Origin: a virus
Length of the DNA stretch: 64,000 nucleotides
Virus record (IMG/VR): IMGVR_UViG_3300045988_122072
Location: 32,001 to 96,000 of that record
Direction: 5' to 3' (one strand)
Position numbers and translations under genes: made by a program
Notes under the pieces: generated by a model
Seen by the model: the letters and a program-made list of their open reading frames with translations, nothing else
Told to the model about the DNA's origin: nothing
The model's database searches: none
In this document: positions 8,636-16,809 of the stretch, in pieces
How positions within the stretch are numbered: position 1 is the first letter of the stretch
How the letters are laid out: the number at the start of each line of letters is the position of its first letter

Positions 8636-11471
8636 CTATAATTTCACCTCCAATTCTAATAGTTTTATTAGAAAATTTCGTACCACAACAACAAAAATCT
8701 GCATTTTCACTCTTTTCTGGATATGTAAGAGTATTATCATGTTTTTCTAACATATTTTTAATAATTTGAGTACCGCAAACATCCCAAACTATAGTTTTAC
8801 TCATTTTCCCAGTATAACAAATATCTAATAAAATATCACAAAGAGACTCTTCATTCGGGCAAATAGACGTCATATCTTCTATGAGAGTTTCGAGAAGTCT
8901 GTCTTTGTCCTCTAATAATATCTTTCTTTCTTCTTCATTATTAATTTTTCTACTATTTAAAGCCTTCAAATTCATTAAATAATGCTCGCACAAACCTTTT
9001 ATTTCTGCATAAGAGCTTCTTCTTACATTATTTTTTGATTTATAAATACTATAGTCAAATTCTAATTCTTCACAAGAAAAATTTCCGTCAAATTTCTCTT
9101 CTATTTTTCTACAAATACGATTCATAGTAGAAGGAGACATATCAATAGGGCATTTTGCAGAACAATATTGAACAAATTTAGCCTCATCTTCACTTAAATT
9201 ATCCATTTTTAGCATATCTTCAAACGAAATACCATATAGACCAATTGATTTTGAATTAACTTCTTCAATAAATTTTTGATAATTAATTCTTTCTGTATCG
9301 TAGTTATACATAAAGAAATACGGCTTTTTATTTGCACAAATTGTTTGATTAAATGCTTTTTTCTCTTGAATTTCCTCAGAATCATCAGGCTTTATGATAT
9401 TTGCGCCATATTGATACCATTCTTTTGGCATCGGAATAGGTAAAATCCCCTTTGCTTTATCAATTTCTCTTTGTTGCAGTGCTTGACCACATTGAGTTCT
9501 ATATCTTAATGTTTCATATTCTTTACTATTTGGGGCATAATTTGCCATCAAACTTGTCATTTGTGTAATTTTATTTGTTATGGAACCAATTTTACTGCCA
9601 AATCCAGCCTTATTTGAAGCAATTATATCCTCTTCTTTAACTACTTTTTTAGGAGCCTTTGTCTGTATACAATTCAATGCAGGAAGATTAGTTTGTCTTC
9701 TTATCAATGACACATTATTTGTTGTAAATAATAAATCACCATCAAAATCAAAGCCATTTAATGCAGCGGGCATTGTGTCCCACCCATTTACAACTATACA
9801 AGTATCAATATATTGAAACCAATCAAGAGCTTTTTTATCTTTACATATATTTTGAGCAACTATAGAATGAGCATTACTCATTGGAGCTCTAAAACAAAGA
9901 ACTCTATCTACGCCTTCATCATACCAATATTTACTATAAATTTCACCAGCCTTTAAAATTCCATGTGGTTCCAGCCCAAACATACTTTCACAAAGGGCAT
10001 ATAAATCCCCAGAAAGGATTTGGAAGTTCCCATGCAGATCCAAAACGCCAATTTTAGCATCTTTTATTCGTCTATTTATCATTTTTTTGATTTTTGAGCG
10101 AATATAAGGATCATTTATAGCAATTTTATCAATCATAAGCGCTTTTGCAATATTTTCAGCAAAGATTACATTTTTCTCATTTAATCCCTTGCCACATAAA
10201 TATGCAACGCTTTTTCTTGGATCTAACTCCATAATATCTTTAATTTCATTAACTGTTAGTGCAATAAGCTCATCTATATCATCATCTGTAAGGTCTAAAG
10301 ACTGTATAAATTGATAATTTAATTGCCTTATATCATCATTTTCTTCTTCAGATGTCTTTGTAACTCTTAAAGTATAATGATTCGCAATACATTTTTCATA
10401 ATAATCTTCCCATGAAGAATAACTGCCGCACAACTTAAGCTGGCTTTCAGTTAATATTAAATCAGCATCGCGTATATCTCTTTCTTTCCCCCAATAATCT
10501 TTAATTAAATACTTTTCTGGATGTTCTGCAGACGCACCAATAATTTCTTCTGCGAATCTAATAAAATCAAAAGTAAGAGCCATGCCTTTTGTAAAAGCAC
10601 AACGCATATTACATCCGCTCATTGTATGTTCTGAGTTTCCATTTAGCTCTCCATTCCACCTTTTAGACAAGTGGGGGAGCATCATTGAACATCCATCCGA
10701 CATATTATTTTCAAAATCTTCATTATGTTTTTCTGTTACTTTTGGTTCTACCGTTGGATCACTGTCATCTATTTCAATAAAATTCGTCTTAAAATGAACA
10801 ACACAGTCTTTTACAACAATAATGCCTCCGGGAATATTACTTTCACGAGATCTAGGCCAGCTAACTGGGATTGATGCACTAGCGGCAAGTGATTCATAGG
10901 CTCCATACTTAGCAGGAGAGAGCTTTACATCTGTATTTCTGCCATTTGCTATGCGTCTCTTTAACTCATCATGAATATTTACACTTTGCCCATTGTACTC
11001 AACGAATCTATCTGCGGCATATACAACACTGGATGTTTTTACTCCATTGGTAGTGCAAATCAATCTTTTATATGCAATTCCATTTACTTTAAACCCTTTA
11101 TTTGCTCTATCATAATCAGACTTTTTATCAAAAACCACACATAAATAGTCCTTTTTGAACTGTAAATCATATAATTCTGTATATTTTTCTGAAACTTTTT
11201 TCTTATTGTCATCACTATTTGGCTGTTTTTTAATTTCTTTTATGTCTTTTTTAATTTGTTTTGCTCTTGAATCATAATCCTCGGTTCCATTTAGCTCATT
11301 AATCCAAGTTAAAATTTGCGAATCAGCCAAAGAAACAACAACCCCAGGAATTTTTCTTGCGTCTGACAATGGTAATTCTAATTCCCAATTATTTTGCTTG
11401 AGCAGACTTGAATTAATTTTATATATATACTGTTGTGTTTTTTGCTGTTTTGCCAAACGCACCGCCTCCAA
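8625..11471 (-). CDS. YonO/cellular-RdRP-like single-subunit RNA polymerase (candidate)
   Basis: 948-aa ORF. RVLCFRAPMSNAHSIV is followed about 45 aa later by NGFDFDGDLLF, the DxDGD metal-binding signature of two-barrel RNA polymerases. GAT TTT GAT GGT GAT lies at 9735-9749 (minus). There is no ATG at the 5' end: candidates are TTG 11471, GTG 11462 and TTG 11456 (the last with GGAGG 7 nt upstream). Confidence 0.6.
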   Translation of the reverse strand: MEAVRLAKQQKTQQYIYKINSSLLKQNNWELELPLSDARKIPGVVVSLADSQILTWINELNGTEDYDSRAKQIKKDIKEIKKQPNSDDNKKKVSEKYTELYDLQFKKDYLCVVFDKKSDYDRANKGFKVNGIAYKRLICTTNGVKTSSVVYAADRFVEYNGQSVNIHDELKRRIANGRNTDVKLSPAKYGAYESLAASASIPVSWPRSRESNIPGGIIVVKDCVVHFKTNFIEIDDSDPTVEPKVTEKHNEDFENNMSDGCSMMLPHLSKRWNGELNGNSEHTMSGCNMRCAFTKGMALTFDFIRFAEEIIGASAEHPEKYLIKDYWGKERDIRDADLILTESQLKLCGSYSSWEDYYEKCIANHYTLRVTKTSEEENDDIRQLNYQFIQSLDLTDDDIDELIALTVNEIKDIMELDPRKSVAYLCGKGLNEKNVIFAENIAKALMIDKIAINDPYIRSKIKKMINRRIKDAKIGVLDLHGNFQILSGDLYALCESMFGLEPHGILKAGEIYSKYWYDEGVDRVLCFRAPMSNAHSIVAQNICKDKKALDWFQYIDTCIVVNGWDTMPAALNGFDFDGDLLFTTNNVSLIRRQTNLPALNCIQTKAPKKVVKEEDIIASNKAGFGSKIGSITNKITQMTSLMANYAPNSKEYETLRYRTQCGQALQQREIDKAKGILPIPMPKEWYQYGANIIKPDDSEEIQEKKAFNQTICANKKPYFFMYNYDTERINYQKFIEEVNSKSIGLYGISFEDMLKMDNLSEDEAKFVQYCSAKCPIDMSPSTMNRICRKIEEKFDGNFSCEELEFDYSIYKSKNNVRRSSYAEIKGLCEHYLMNLKALNSRKINNEEERKILLEDKDRLLETLIEDMTSICPNEESLCDILLDICYTGKMSKTIVWDVCGTQIIKNMLEKHDNTLTYPEKSENADFCCCGTKFSNKTIRIGGEIIDEI

Positions 11472-11480
11472 ACCACAAAA

Positions 11481-11720
11481 TTATTCGCCAACTTCTCTTA
11501 TTTCATAACAATTTTCACAATATTTATTACCATTTTCAACTTCTACATATGTTCCACAGAGCCAGTCATTACATCCATCACATTTATATGTTTCTGCATA
11601 GGCTCCACCACAAGATGGGCACCCATCCCATTCTTCATATGGAGGGGAGTCCAAACCGTGTGTTTCTATCCAATGTTTAGGCTCGTCAAAAACACATCCA
11701 CAATCCAAGCAAATAAACAT
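11481..11720 (-). CDS. small multi-CxxC zinc-ribbon protein
   Basis: 79 aa starting MFICLDCG, with CLDC, CPSC, CDGC and CENC pairs. GGTGGTGA SD before ATG 11720 (the track ORF starts at 11735). Confidence 0.65.
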   Translation of the reverse strand: MFICLDCGCVFDEPKHWIETHGLDSPPYEEWDGCPSCGGAYAETYKCDGCNDWLCGTYVEVENGNKYCENCYEIREVGE

Positions 11721-11741
11721 AATTATCACCACCATCCAAAA

Positions 11742-12086
11742 TTACTCAACCGTCATTGTCATAAGATTTCCATTTTGATCTGAAATGCCAATAAAACTTA
11801 TATTTGTCGTTAATGATTTATTAGATATATAACTTGCAACCTTACCATTATGAGAATAACAATCAACCGTATCTGTTGACATTTCAATTGTATTCAATAT
11901 TGGTTTTACTAATTGAGTAATATATACTTGTTGGCCATTCATATTTGTACGTATTTTCAAATAAAATAGTTCACCACTTTCAAAATCAACGGCACTCATA
12001 TCATAATAAGAAGTCCCACAATACGGGCATTTATTCTTATCAATATCATATGGAGCTCCGCAATTAGGGCAGTTTCTTCTTCGCAT
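11742..12086 (-). CDS. hypothetical protein with N-terminal zinc ribbon
   Basis: 114 aa with CPNCG...CPYCG. AAGGAG SD 7 nt before ATG 12086. Confidence 0.7.
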   Translation of the reverse strand: MRRRNCPNCGAPYDIDKNKCPYCGTSYYDMSAVDFESGELFYLKIRTNMNGQQVYITQLVKPILNTIEMSTDTVDCYSHNGKVASYISNKSLTTNISFIGISDQNGNLMTMTVE

Positions 12087-12097
12087 CAAACCACTCC

Positions 12098-12394
12098 TTA
12101 ATAGGCTGCTTCTTCTTTAATAAATTTTAAAATTTCTTTTGCGCAACCATCATCATCTGTATGGCACTCAAAGCATCTAAACGTAGTCGCACAATCATGA
12201 TATACGAGCTTAGAAAACCAAGATGCAAGCTCTTCATCAGACATAGAACGAAATTTATCACCATTCGTCATTGGAACTTCAATTTCACCAGTTCCATTAC
12301 ATTCAAAACATTTTTCACTCCAGATGGAGCAACTATTAAATTTTGAAATAAAACCATGCCCATCACAAGCAGGGCAATTAATTTTCTTTTTCAT
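12098..12394 (-). CDS. small protein with DnaJ-type CxxCxGxG zinc finger
   Basis: 98 aa with CPACDGHG and CFECNGTG. GAGGTGA SD. Confidence 0.7.
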   Translation of the reverse strand: MKKKINCPACDGHGFISKFNSCSIWSEKCFECNGTGEIEVPMTNGDKFRSMSDEELASWFSKLVYHDCATTFRCFECHTDDDGCAKEILKFIKEEAAY

Positions 12395-12402
12395 AATTCA
12401 CC

Positions 12403-12798
12403 TCAACCAAATTGATATTCTACATGACCGCATCTATCACAACAATATTCATATTTCGCAGGATAAGAAGTTAGCACTACCATTTCATTGCGACGCATAC
12501 CGCCTTTATGACATTTAGGGCAAATATACTTTGGTTCTGACCATTCTTGTGGATAGCACATAGAATCTTCAATAAATTTACGATATTCATCCGCAGTAGG
12601 GAGCCCTGTATTTAATTCACTCACAGATACATCACCGGTATTTTTACAATAAATAATTTGCAATGTCTTCATATCAGTGGTCGTAGTAGTGGTTACAGTC
12701 TTATTAATAGGAAAATCATTATTCTGACAATTCTCACAAGGGTTAATGATACTCCAATATGGCCCGTTATATGGACAATTCTCACATAATTTATTCAT
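12403..12798 (-). CDS. small multi-CxxC zinc-ribbon protein
   Basis: 131 aa with CENC, CENC, CPKC and CDRC. GGAGG SD. Confidence 0.7.
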   Translation of the reverse strand: MNKLCENCPYNGPYWSIINPCENCQNNDFPINKTVTTTTTTDMKTLQIIYCKNTGDVSVSELNTGLPTADEYRKFIEDSMCYPQEWSEPKYICPKCHKGGMRRNEMVVLTSYPAKYEYCCDRCGHVEYQFG

Positions 12799-12803
12799 AT
12801 ATT

Positions 12804-12902
12804 TTACCTCCGTATATTTTTTAAATTATTTTTATCAAAACGGTTAATAGCGAAAAGTCCTACAATAAATGCTAGAACAATCACGCATACTTCTAAAGAC
12901 AT
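12804..12902 (-). CDS. 32-aa putative membrane peptide
   Basis: MSLEVCVIVLAFIVGLFAINRF... GGAGG SD 7 nt upstream. Its stop overlaps the SD of the next gene. Below the ORF-track cutoff. Confidence 0.35.
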   Translation of the reverse strand: MSLEVCVIVLAFIVGLFAINRFDKNNLKNIRR

Positions 12903-13031
12903 AATAAAACCTCCAAAATTTAATCATTATACAATTGAAATACAATACTAATTTAAATATCAATACATGCACCCATGAGTTTATACTATTAAAATTTTCA
13001 TTTGAATTAATATTGTATTGTAATAAAAATA

Positions 13032-13304
13032 TTACTTATTTCTGCTTGCCTGTAGACGAGCGGCAATTGCAGCCCTTTGCTCATCTGATAGATTTACCTG
13101 CTTAGGAGGAGAAACCTTAATCCAAGACTTAGGCACCTCAAACTTCGACATTTCATCTGAACTACGAATAACATGAATATCCGGATTCACACCAACAAGT
13201 TTATTAAGCTTATTTTTCAAAGCTTTGTTGAAAGTATAAACAGAAGCAGTCTTTTCTTCTTCGTTAAAATTAATAATTGTTTCGCGTTCATAAGATGTTA
13301 ACAT
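13032..13304 (-). CDS. hypothetical protein (90 aa)
   Basis: GGAGG SD; co-oriented with its neighbours. Confidence 0.65.
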   Translation of the reverse strand: MLTSYERETIINFNEEEKTASVYTFNKALKNKLNKLVGVNPDIHVIRSSDEMSKFEVPKSWIKVSPPKQVNLSDEQRAAIAARLQASRNK

Positions 13305-13345
13305 AGATATACAACCTCCATTAATATCATATTATTCTTACTTCT

Positions 13346-13771
13346 TTAATCCCACAACGAAAAGAAGTATTCGCTAAAGAGTTTAAAAAACTCATTTTTA
13401 GCATTTGTCTGTGTTTCATATTCTGTTTTCCAATCCATATTGTCATAAATTTCATTATTTTCGTCCATTTTATCAAGAAGGTCAATCATTTTATCAAGGA
13501 TAGTATCATATGCCTTTTCATTTTCTTCACTCCATGTTTCGTAATCATTGAATTCAACAACACATGGACTACCGAGTCTATTATGACGATAATTTATTAA
13601 AATCTCTCGCATCATATCTATAAAATATGCAAAGGTTTCCCATTTGGCAACAGGAGAGTAGCCATGCTTGAGCGTAAAGAAAATGCGTTTAAAAAGAATA
13701 TGGATATCTCTGAAATTTTTCCAGAAATACTTACCACGGTACATAAAAAGGCCACAAGTAATTTTATTCAT
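13346..13771 (-). CDS. hypothetical protein (141 aa)
   Basis: GGAGGA SD 6 nt before ATG 13771 (the track starts at TTG 13777). Confidence 0.65.
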   Translation of the reverse strand: MNKITCGLFMYRGKYFWKNFRDIHILFKRIFFTLKHGYSPVAKWETFAYFIDMMREILINYRHNRLGSPCVVEFNDYETWSEENEKAYDTILDKMIDLLDKMDENNEIYDNMDWKTEYETQTNAKNEFFKLFSEYFFSLWD

Positions 13772-13773
13772 AG

Positions 13774-14094
13774 TCAATCCTCCATTTTACGCATATCATC
13801 ATTGAACCTCTTTTCTGTAGCTTCAACATCTGCCAAAACATCCTCTTTTGTCTTACCAAGCTTCTTGATGGTGCGTTCAATTGTATCTTTGGCCCAAACT
13901 GCTAGATTGTCCCAGCCAACGCACCAAACAATACCTACAATATCACTATAAGGCTCTAGACCTTCTTTCAAACATTCTTCACAATAAGCAGAACTGCAAG
14001 AACTTAGTGTAGATGCCGCAACGGCCACAGGAGCTTCCTTACCACATACTTCACAAGTGCCCATATGGGCAACATCATTAAATGTCTTTTTCAT
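13774..14094 (-). CDS. hypothetical protein with CxxC pairs (106 aa)
   Basis: CEVCG ... CEEC; co-oriented and tightly packed. Confidence 0.65.
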   Translation of the reverse strand: MKKTFNDVAHMGTCEVCGKEAPVAVAASTLSSCSSAYCEECLKEGLEPYSDIVGIVWCVGWDNLAVWAKDTIERTIKKLGKTKEDVLADVEATEKRFNDDMRKMED

Positions 14095-14185
14095 TATAAT
14101 TCAACCTTCCCTTATCAAATTTAATTTCTCCATGTATGTTTTTGTCTCTTAGATTCTTTAGTTCATCAGCATCAATTGGGCGCAT
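14078..14185 (-). CDS. 35-aa truncated member of the IDA-x-EL paralogue family
   Basis: MRPIDADELKNL... matches the N-termini of the next three genes. GGAGGG SD. Overlaps the next gene start. Confidence 0.35.
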   Translation of the reverse strand: MRPIDADELKNLRDKNIHGEIKFDKGRLNYNEKDI

Positions 14186-14188
14186 TAG

Positions 14189-14437
14189 TCAGCCCTCCAG
14201 TTCACCATACTTGCAGAAAAATTCTGAATCGTCTGGGCATTTCGTTTTGAGCACCCAGCAGTAGATATAATATTCTCCTTCATCATGATATTTGCAGTCC
14301 TTACACCGTACTACAGGTACAGCATCTACGGTAGGTGCTGTATCAATGCAATAAAATGTCGTTTCCTTATCATCATATTCACCGAAGTGTTCATTCTCAA
14401 TAGTGTCTCTTAGCTCATTAGCGTCAATCAGCCGCAT
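14189..14437 (-). CDS. small Cys-rich protein, IDA-x-EL paralogue family
   Basis: 82 aa starting MRLIDANELRD, with GGAGGTGA SD 5 nt before ATG 14437. C-terminal CKDCKY...C...C. Confidence 0.65.
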   Translation of the reverse strand: MRLIDANELRDTIENEHFGEYDDKETTFYCIDTAPTVDAVPVVRCKDCKYHDEGEYYIYCWVLKTKCPDDSEFFCKYGELEG

Positions 14438-14723
14438 CACCGTCACCTCCGTCCATCTTCGCGCCGCATCGCCAGCAATATCCGCCTATAATTGCCGTAT
14501 GCGGGTTTTCGTGTGCACCGCATTTTGAGCACTCAAAATATTTGCCCACAGGTACCGTTTTCTCAATCCACCGCCCATGTCTCACCGGGGCCACATCGGC
14601 AACGGGTGCATTTTTAATTCGCTGGATTGCGTCTTCTGTTCTATCTCTTTGATATGGATATTCGACAGATTTCAGCCATTCAAATTCTGCAAGCAACGCT
14701 TCCCGATCTATATATTCAGGCAT
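14424..14723 (-). CDS. small zinc-ribbon protein, paralogue family (DVAPVRHGRW)
   Basis: 99 aa starting MPEYIDREALL. Shares VAPVRHG(R/H)W and a C-terminal CxxCGAKMDG with 14716-14991. Confidence 0.65.
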   Translation of the reverse strand: MPEYIDREALLAEFEWLKSVEYPYQRDRTEDAIQRIKNAPVADVAPVRHGRWIEKTVPVGKYFECSKCGAHENPHTAIIGGYCWRCGAKMDGGDGDAAD

Positions 14724-14991
14724 TATATTCATCTCCATCCATTTTTGCGCCGCAATTGGGGCAGTATGACGACCTTACTTTATTTTTTCTATTACACCAA
14801 GCGTAATCTTCCTTGTATACTTTTTTATGACAAATTGAACAATATACCCCCGCATTCGAGCAATCGGTTAACGATATCCAATGTCCATGTCGTACCGGAG
14901 CAACATCAGTTATAAATGAATTCATACAAGAATAGCAGACTTGTATGCCTTCTGGAATAATTTCTCCGCAGCATACGCAACGATTCTCCAT
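14716..14991 (-). CDS. small zinc-ribbon protein, paralogue family (DVAPVRHGHW)
   Basis: 91 aa with CVCCG, DVAPVRHGHW and CPNCGAKMDGD. Confidence 0.65.
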   Translation of the reverse strand: MENRCVCCGEIIPEGIQVCYSCMNSFITDVAPVRHGHWISLTDCSNAGVYCSICHKKVYKEDYAWCNRKNKVRSSYCPNCGAKMDGDEYNA

Positions 14992-15004
14992 ATTTAAGCA
15001 CCTC

Positions 15005-15247
15005 CTATAATTTTGTATTGTTATTAAAATATTTTTCCCAAGTAGAAGTAGGGCAGTCTAGATAATTTAGATCAATGTCGTCATTCCATTCAACTTGTGG
15101 CCCAGTCTGTTCATCTGCAAAATGACAAACACAATTTACAGCAACACCATCTAATGCATCTTGCTTGATTAGAGTCTTAATTTCGTCCAGAGATAGGTCG
15201 TCTTCTAGGTCGCAGACATATAACGTCATTTTATAAAGTTGTGCCAT
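15005..15247 (-). CDS. hypothetical protein (80 aa)
   Basis: ATG 15247 with GGAGGT SD, preceded by a leader box and promoter. The longer track ORF (to 15289) would overlap the promoter. Confidence 0.65.
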   Translation of the reverse strand: MAQLYKMTLYVCDLEDDLSLDEIKTLIKQDALDGVAVNCVCHFADEQTGPQVEWNDDIDLNYLDCPTSTWEKYFNNNTKL

Positions 15248-15277
15248 TTTCTGTACCTCCATTAATTTTGTACTGTT

Positions 15278-15305
15278 ATTATAACACATTTTCCCAATTT
15301 GTCAA
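15278..15305 (-). promoter_or_regulatory. sigma-A type promoter (TTGACA-16-TATAAT, TG-extended)
   Basis: Minus strand reads TTGACAaattgggaaaatgtgtTATAAT, then acagtACAAAATTAAtGGAGG. Confidence 0.6.
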
Positions 15306-15309
15306 TAGG

Positions 15310-15672
15310 TTATAGCTCATCAAAATCATCTTCCTGTAGTGCTCTTTGTACAGTTCTTAGACTACAGCCAAGCGCATTTGCGATTTCTTGATTATCCATG
15401 CCCTGTTCATTTAGTTCTTTAATTTTGTCACTTGAGTATTTTGGCTGCCTTCCTTTTGCTTTAAGGGCAGAATTATATCTTTCCTTTGCTTTATTCATAC
15501 TGCACTCAATAGCTCCTTTAATAATTGCTTGAATCATTGGATCGTCTGTAGTAATTTCTCCAGATGTACCAAAAGACATAATTTGCCATAAAATTTCTTT
15601 TGCAGTAGTTTCATCAAAACCCTCTATCAATGTTCTCCATTTGCCATAGAATACAAAATTTTCATATTCCAT
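15310..15672 (-). CDS. helix-turn-helix DNA-binding protein, first gene of leftward arm
   Basis: 120 aa with a C-terminal HTH (DNQEIANALGCSLRTVQRAL). GAGGAGG SD. A consensus promoter lies just upstream. Confidence 0.7.
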   Translation of the reverse strand: MEYENFVFYGKWRTLIEGFDETTAKEILWQIMSFGTSGEITTDDPMIQAIIKGAIECSMNKAKERYNSALKAKGRQPKYSSDKIKELNEQGMDNQEIANALGCSLRTVQRALQEDDFDEL

Positions 15673-15710
15673 TTTTCACACCTCCTCATTAATTTTGTTT
15701 TGTTGAGTGG

Positions 15711-15739
15711 ATTATATCATAGGATGTAAAATTTGTCAA
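15711..15739 (-). promoter_or_regulatory. sigma-A type promoter of the leftward arm
   Basis: Minus strand reads cTTGACAaattttacatcctatgaTATAAT (17-nt spacer), followed by leader box 15689-15698. Confidence 0.7.
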
Positions 15740-15819
15740 GACATAAATGACAAAAACTTTTGTCGTTGTCGCGACATAAATGACAAAATAGCGACAGACA
15801 ACGACGACACGACATAAAG
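15740..15819. repeat. iteron-like direct repeats GACATAAATGACAAAA (two full copies plus one partial) with GAC-rich filler
   Basis: Copies at 15740-15755, 15773-15788 and partial 15811-15819. Palindrome GACAAAA-AC-TTTTGTC at 15749-15764. The array abuts the -35 of the leftward promoter. Confidence 0.6.
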
Positions 15820-15846
15820 TTAATATAAATAATAATAATAATATAA

Positions 15847-15880
15847 ATATTAATAAGAATAACAATATTAATAAGAATAA
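15847..15880. repeat. 18-bp-period tandem repeat ATATTAATAAGAATAA, two copies
   Basis: 15847-15862 and 15865-15880 are identical. Confidence 0.7.
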
Positions 15881-15883
15881 TAC

Positions 15884-15908
15884 GGATTTACTATGTAAAT
15901 CCTTTTTT
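15884..15908 (+). terminator. orphan rho-independent terminator-like hairpin
   Basis: GGATTTAC-tat-GTAAATCC followed by TTTTTT. No plus-strand CDS lies upstream. Confidence 0.5.
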
Positions 15909-15913
15909 ACATT

Positions 15914-15941
15914 TTGTCATTATATTTTGGCTAGGTATGAT
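15914..15941 (+). promoter_or_regulatory. possible plus-strand promoter inside control region
   Basis: TTGTCA-16 nt-TATGAT. Confidence 0.3.
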
Positions 15942-16068
15942 TCGCATTGATACATGTCTTTGGATGGTTAGAAGTAGCCCCATATATGGTACGTTTGTTT
16001 TATAATATATGTATGTGTATTATATCAACCCTCTAGCGAGTTTTTGCCGACTCGTTTCACTTCGTCTG

Positions 16069-16092
16069 CAAAAAGCGTCCCAGTCATGGGAC
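16069..16092 (-). terminator. minus-strand terminator-like hairpin in GC-rich island
   Basis: GTCCCA-gtca-TGGGAC (16077-16092). The minus strand continues GCTTTTTG. Confidence 0.45.
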
Positions 16093-16489
16093 TCTCGCTT
16101 TGTCTGGCTTGCTAAAGCAAACCATCCAAAATAAGATTTGAAACGGATTTGGGCAATGATTAGTTGGTGTGTAAATGTTTGTATAGTAATTGGACAGATA
16201 TTTTTGATGAATTTTATATATTCTGGATTGAATTATAAAGAAATTGTTGGTTAAATTAGCTGTTTTACAATTTTGATGCCGTAATAATTAAGAGAAAATT
16301 TATAGCAAAAGTTTAATATATAGGTAATTATATGTTGTTATTTTACGATTCATATTGTTAATTTAATCTGATAAATGATTTGTTTTATAATTTATATAAT
16401 GGATAATTTTGTATAAAGAGACGTGTAAAATGGGTTTGATGATAGAAGATTATTAGAAAAGAGTGCCGTTTTATGTGGTAGTGGTTAAC

Positions 16490-16520
16490 GATATTTAGAT
16501 GATATTTAGGTAATATTTGA
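16490..16520. repeat. three 11-bp-phased direct repeats (GATATTTAG, GATATTTAG, AATATTTGA)
   Basis: 16490-16498, 16501-16509 and 16512-16520. Confidence 0.55.
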
Positions 16521-16661
16521 CACAATGATAGTGAAAAAGTTTAGAGAAATTTTTCTGAGTTAGTGTATATGATAACCTCGTGTACCCAACATTGAAAAAA
16601 CCATTGCAAACGCTAGTTTTATGTACCCCGGATGCGTGATTACACGTCGAAAAAATCAATT

Positions 16662-16693
16662 TTCTCAAAATATCAATTTTGAGAAGTTTTTTG
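16662..16693 (+). terminator. terminator-like hairpin upstream of first rightward gene
   Basis: TTCTCAAAAT-atca-ATTTTGAGAA, then GTTTTTTGCTTTT. Confidence 0.45.
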
Positions 16694-16703
16694 CTTTTCT
16701 GGC

Positions 16704-16733
16704 TGTCAAAACACAAAAAAATTGTGCTATGTT
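16704..16733 (+). promoter_or_regulatory. possible extended -10 promoter for rightward early genes
   Basis: TGTCAA ... TGcTATGTT, with a weak -35. Confidence 0.3.
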
Positions 16734-16809
16734 GGTGGTGGGCAACGGCTCAGCGGTTGACTGAGTTTGTTAGCTTTAGCTACTTAACTGTAGCAGATTG
16801 GAGTTAATC

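Noticed and set aside
11433-11783. Plus-strand ORFs 11433-11783 and 11435-11680.
   Set aside because: They are antisense to the polymerase gene start and the zinc-ribbon gene. They have no SD, and their products are low-complexity.
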